Assembly (NCBI GenBank): GCA_038740245.1
Contig: JAVYLZ010000010.1
Span: forward strand, 1-18,950
DNA from: Candidatus Micrarchaeia archaeon
GTDB lineage: Archaea > Micrarchaeota > Micrarchaeia > CAILAH01
Direction of reading: 5' to 3'
Length of the DNA: 18,950 nt
Made by a program: the position numbers and the translations under genes. Shown one piece after another: positions 15,972-18,950 of this stretch (the first letter of the stretch is position 1; every line of letters begins with the position of its first letter). The notes beneath the pieces were generated by a model, which worked only from the letters and a program-made list of their open reading frames with translations, had not been told where the DNA came from and ran no database searches.

Positions 15972-16073
15972 ATGATGAGGTATCCCAAGCCGGGCACGTG
16001 TGTTCGCTGTGGTGCCAAGGACATCATATGCGGGCAGTGCAAGCAATGCGAGAAATGCTGCCGCTGCTGGTAA
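15972..16073 (+). CDS. Small Cys-rich putative metal-binding protein (33 aa)
   Basis: Below the ORF-track cutoff. MMRYPKPGTCVRCGAKDIICGQCKQCEKCCRCW*, 8 Cys in CxxC patterns. TATA-like TTTAATAATAT at ~15936-15946; flanked by AT-rich spacers. Confidence 0.65.
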   Translation: MMRYPKPGTCVRCGAKDIICGQCKQCEKCCRCW

Positions 16074-16121
16074 CTGCACATTAACTACGCATAAAAAATA
16101 TGCCTATGCAAAATTATAGTG

Positions 16122-18782
16122 ATGGTATTCATACGTTCAGCCAGATTGCAGAATTGGCGCTCGCACAGGGATACGCGCCTGGAATTTTCAAAGGGCACCA
16201 ATATGCTTGTTGGCATAATGGGTGCCGGCAAGAGTTCGGTGCTTGAGGCCGTATGCTTTGCACTGTATGGGACGTTTCCTGCCCTTGCACGCAGGAAATT
16301 AAAGCTCACACAGATAGTTTCTGCATTTAACCAGCAGCTGCCGTGCGCGGTTGAGGTTGAATTTGAAGCGAACGGAAAAGTGTATACTGTAAAGCGCACC
16401 ATAAAGGACGGGAAGGGCGATGCCGAGCTGCGTGAGGGCCAGCGCCTTATTGAAGCAAAACCGGATGCGGTTACCCGTATGGTGGAGGGGATAACAGGCA
16501 TAAATTATGACCTCTTCACAAAAGCAATATATTCAGAGCAAAACTCGCTTGACTATTTCCTGACGCTAAACCCAGTTGAGAGGAAGCGGCAGATTGATGA
16601 GCTTATGGGCATAGACAGGTTTGAGCTCGCGCGCACAAACGCCGCCAAGCTTTCCAACCGTCTCGCGAAGGAAGCCGAGGATAAGCTGCGGCAGGCCACG
16701 CTGCTGGACAAGAAATCCGTTTTATCCCAGCTTTCCCAGGCGGAGGCGCAGCTTGCCCAACTTGATGCTGAATTGCGCAGAATCAGTGAGGAACACTCCT
16801 CGGCTGCAGCCGAGCTTTCAGAGGTTAACGCAAGGCTTGCCAAGCTTGAGCAAATGAAATCGAATGCAGACATGTTGCAGCGCAAAATAGGCGAGTGCGA
16901 TGCGTTCATATCAGAAATGTCGCCGCGCGTAAAGCCATATTCGCAACAGGATTTGAGCTCGCTTTCAGATACCGTAAATTCGCTTGAATCCCAGTATTCC
17001 CAGCTGCAGGCCACGTCGCGCATTCTTGAGCGTAAGATTTCAGAGTATTCACGCGAGCTTGGCGAGGCGCGCGGTTCGCTTGCATCACTCCGCCGCAAAA
17101 TTTCCGATTGTGACGCACTTATGCCGCGGCTTGAGCAGCTATCCAATGAGCTTGGCGGCAAGCGTGCAGAAACATTGCACGCCGAGCTTGATGCCACGAG
17201 CGCGCAGTTGCTTGAGCTTGAGAAGGCGCACTCATCAGCCGCATCAGAGCTTTCCTTGCTCAAATCAGAGTATGCACGCTTGGAAGGCGAGCTGGCACAG
17301 CAGGCAGCCATTATGCAGGAATACTCATCATTGCGCGGGCTCACGCAGAGGGATTTGGAAGAGAAAAAGGGCAATGAGGCGGCTCTTGTTGAGTGGATTG
17401 CCTCGCTTAAGGAAATAATCCGCAGTTCAGAAGAATCAATAGGGCATCTGTCCAAGGAGGAGGGCAGCAGTGTATGCCCGCTGTGCGATTCGCCACTCAC
17501 GCGGGAGCGCAGGGCACAGCTTATCCGTGCTAAGAAAGAGGCGATTGAGAGCTCACGGCAAGGTCTTGAGGAAAGCGAGGCACGGCTGGCTGCGCTTCGT
17601 GCGGAAATCCGTGATACTGAGTCAAAGCTTGCACGCAAGGCCGAGCTTGCCGCAAAGATGGAGTCCTACCAGCGCATAAATGATGAACTGTCCGCAAAGT
17701 CCACACGCATTACCGGGCTTTCAGCGCAGGTATCCTCGCTTGCGCCCAAGCTTGCGGCGCTGCGCGAGGCACACTCTAAAATGCAGCTGCTTATTCGTGC
17801 TGCTGATGAGCACGCACGCCTCTTGCAGCAGATTTCTGAAGCTGATTCCATGCGGAAGCAGGCAGCACAGCTTGAGCTGCGCGAGCGTGAATTGGAGGGC
17901 GCGCTCTCCGGTCTTGAGGCTGAACTGTCGGAGGTACGTGTGCAATATTCAGCCATTGAAAAGGCGCTTGCCGAGGCGCGTGAGCAACTGCGTGAGGTCA
18001 AGGCAGATTTGGAGCTGCAGGCATCCATTGCACAAAAGAAAGTGGAACGTGACCGCCTGAGTGCCGAGCTATCTAATCTCTCATATGATGAAGCCGGCCA
18101 CAATGCGCTCAGGGCGAAGGTGACAGAGGTTGCAGCTAAGGCAAGCGCGCTGGGCGCCAAGGTCCAGGGCATGGAGAAGCAGGCGGAACTTTTGCGGGGG
18201 AACCATGCGCTCCTTAAGCAAAGGATTGCGGAGATTGAGCAGCGTGAAGCCGAGGCAGCTTCGGTGCAGGAAGCCGCTCGGTTGCTTGAGGCGTTCCACA
18301 GGTCACTTTCTGAAACGCAGGCGGTGCTCCGCAGTGAGCTCATACACTCCGTTAATGCGGTCATATCCCGCATATGGCCCGTGCTGTACCCATATGGCGA
18401 TTTTACAAGAGTACGGCTTGATGCTACTGAAACCGATTATGTGCTTATGGCCGAGAGGATGGGGCAGTGGGTTTCAGTGGAGGGCAACGTGAGCGGGGGC
18501 GAGCGCGCAACAATGGCTTTGGCTTTGCGGATTGCATTCTCAATTGTGCTTGCACCTGGGGCAGGCATGATTGTGCTTGATGAGCCGACACATAATCTGG
18601 ATGAGCAAGGTGTCCGTGCCCTCAGCACCGTGTTGCGTGAGCGCCTGCCTAAAATCATTGCGCAGGCGTTCGTGATTACCCATGATGAGAACTTAAAGGA
18701 GGGCGCAAGCGCGCGCCTGTACATATTCCAGCGGGATAAGTCCAGGCACGGGCCAACCACAGTGGTTTCTGATTTAGCCTAG
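16122..18782 (+). CDS. rad50: Rad50-type SMC-family ATPase
   Basis: Walker A GIMGAGKSS, Q-loop YSEQ, long coiled coils with central zinc hook CPLC, signature VSGGE, Walker B/D-loop IVLDEPTHNLD, H-loop VITHD. Confidence 0.88.
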   Translation: MVFIRSARLQNWRSHRDTRLEFSKGTNMLVGIMGAGKSSVLEAVCFALYGTFPALARRKLKLTQIVSAFNQQLPCAVEVEFEANGKVYTVKRTIKDGKGDAELREGQRLIEAKPDAVTRMVEGITGINYDLFTKAIYSEQNSLDYFLTLNPVERKRQIDELMGIDRFELARTNAAKLSNRLAKEAEDKLRQATLLDKKSVLSQLSQAEAQLAQLDAELRRISEEHSSAAAELSEVNARLAKLEQMKSNADMLQRKIGECDAFISEMSPRVKPYSQQDLSSLSDTVNSLESQYSQLQATSRILERKISEYSRELGEARGSLASLRRKISDCDALMPRLEQLSNELGGKRAETLHAELDATSAQLLELEKAHSSAASELSLLKSEYARLEGELAQQAAIMQEYSSLRGLTQRDLEEKKGNEAALVEWIASLKEIIRSSEESIGHLSKEEGSSVCPLCDSPLTRERRAQLIRAKKEAIESSRQGLEESEARLAALRAEIRDTESKLARKAELAAKMESYQRINDELSAKSTRITGLSAQVSSLAPKLAALREAHSKMQLLIRAADEHARLLQQISEADSMRKQAAQLELRERELEGALSGLEAELSEVRVQYSAIEKALAEAREQLREVKADLELQASIAQKKVERDRLSAELSNLSYDEAGHNALRAKVTEVAAKASALGAKVQGMEKQAELLRGNHALLKQRIAEIEQREAEAASVQEAARLLEAFHRSLSETQAVLRSELIHSVNAVISRIWPVLYPYGDFTRVRLDATETDYVLMAERMGQWVSVEGNVSGGERATMALALRIAFSIVLAPGAGMIVLDEPTHNLDEQGVRALSTVLRERLPKIIAQAFVITHDENLKEGASARLYIFQRDKSRHGPTTVVSDLA

Positions 18783-18896
18783 CGCAGTTGTGGGCACACC
18801 GTCAAGCTTAATAAGCAATTATTGCCTAAAATCCCTTTGGAGGGGTGGTGGTCAGCATCAGCTTCGCTGATGTCCCGCACCCTCCGAACAAAGTGA

Positions 18897-18950
18897 GGAG
18901 GGGTGGCGGAGCGGTCAAACGCGTTAGAGGGCATTCTCCTGCGGGGAAAT
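18897..18950 (+). tRNA. 5' part of a tRNA (probably a Leu isoacceptor), truncated by the window end and probably intron-containing
   Basis: GGAGGGGTGGCGGAGCGGTCAAACGCG (18897-18923) is identical to the first 27 nt of tRNA-Leu(CAG). The following TTAGAGGGCATT does not form a normal anticodon loop. Anticodon not visible. Confidence 0.7.

Noticed and set aside
16553..18373. Long minus-strand ORFs (361 and 235 aa) and recurring GAGCTT-type motifs
   Set aside because: Antisense shadows and codon repeats of the Glu/Leu/Ala-rich Rad50 coiled coil; not a repeat array or CRISPR.
12635..18923. 27-bp inverted repeat (12635-12661 versus 18897-18923) as mobile-element ends or att sites
   Set aside because: Explained by identical 5' ends of two tRNA genes; no integrase or transposase, and the enclosed genes are housekeeping.

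Overview
Archaeal chromosomal window, most likely from a DPANN lineage such as Micrarchaeota (inferred from archaeal ribosomal proteins, TATA-type promoters with near-leaderless starts, and tRNAs with several introns). Mostly housekeeping genes: scpB (5' part), ndk, rpl24e, rps28e, rpl7ae, a CPA2 cation:proton antiporter, a winged-helix protein, DUF359 dephospho-CoA kinase, RPA, scpA, a PadR/HlyD-like adaptor/DHA2 MFS efflux locus, divergent asnS and aspS, a PAC2 chaperone, CYTH, PHP, an AglH/GPT-like transferase, a hypothetical protein and Rad50. The notable elements are not in the ORF track: a fluoride (crcB) riboswitch with an extra GNRA hairpin upstream of the antiporter; a K-turn over the rpl7ae Shine-Dalgarno site; tRNA-Leu(CAG) and tRNA-Lys(CTT), each with two structured introns (37/38 and 59/60); a third tRNA-Leu-like gene with a duplicated 5' end at the right edge; a 33-aa, 8-Cys microprotein upstream of rad50; and a candidate PadR operator palindrome. 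No CRISPR array or mobile element was seen. All calls are from reading the sequence; no searches were run.
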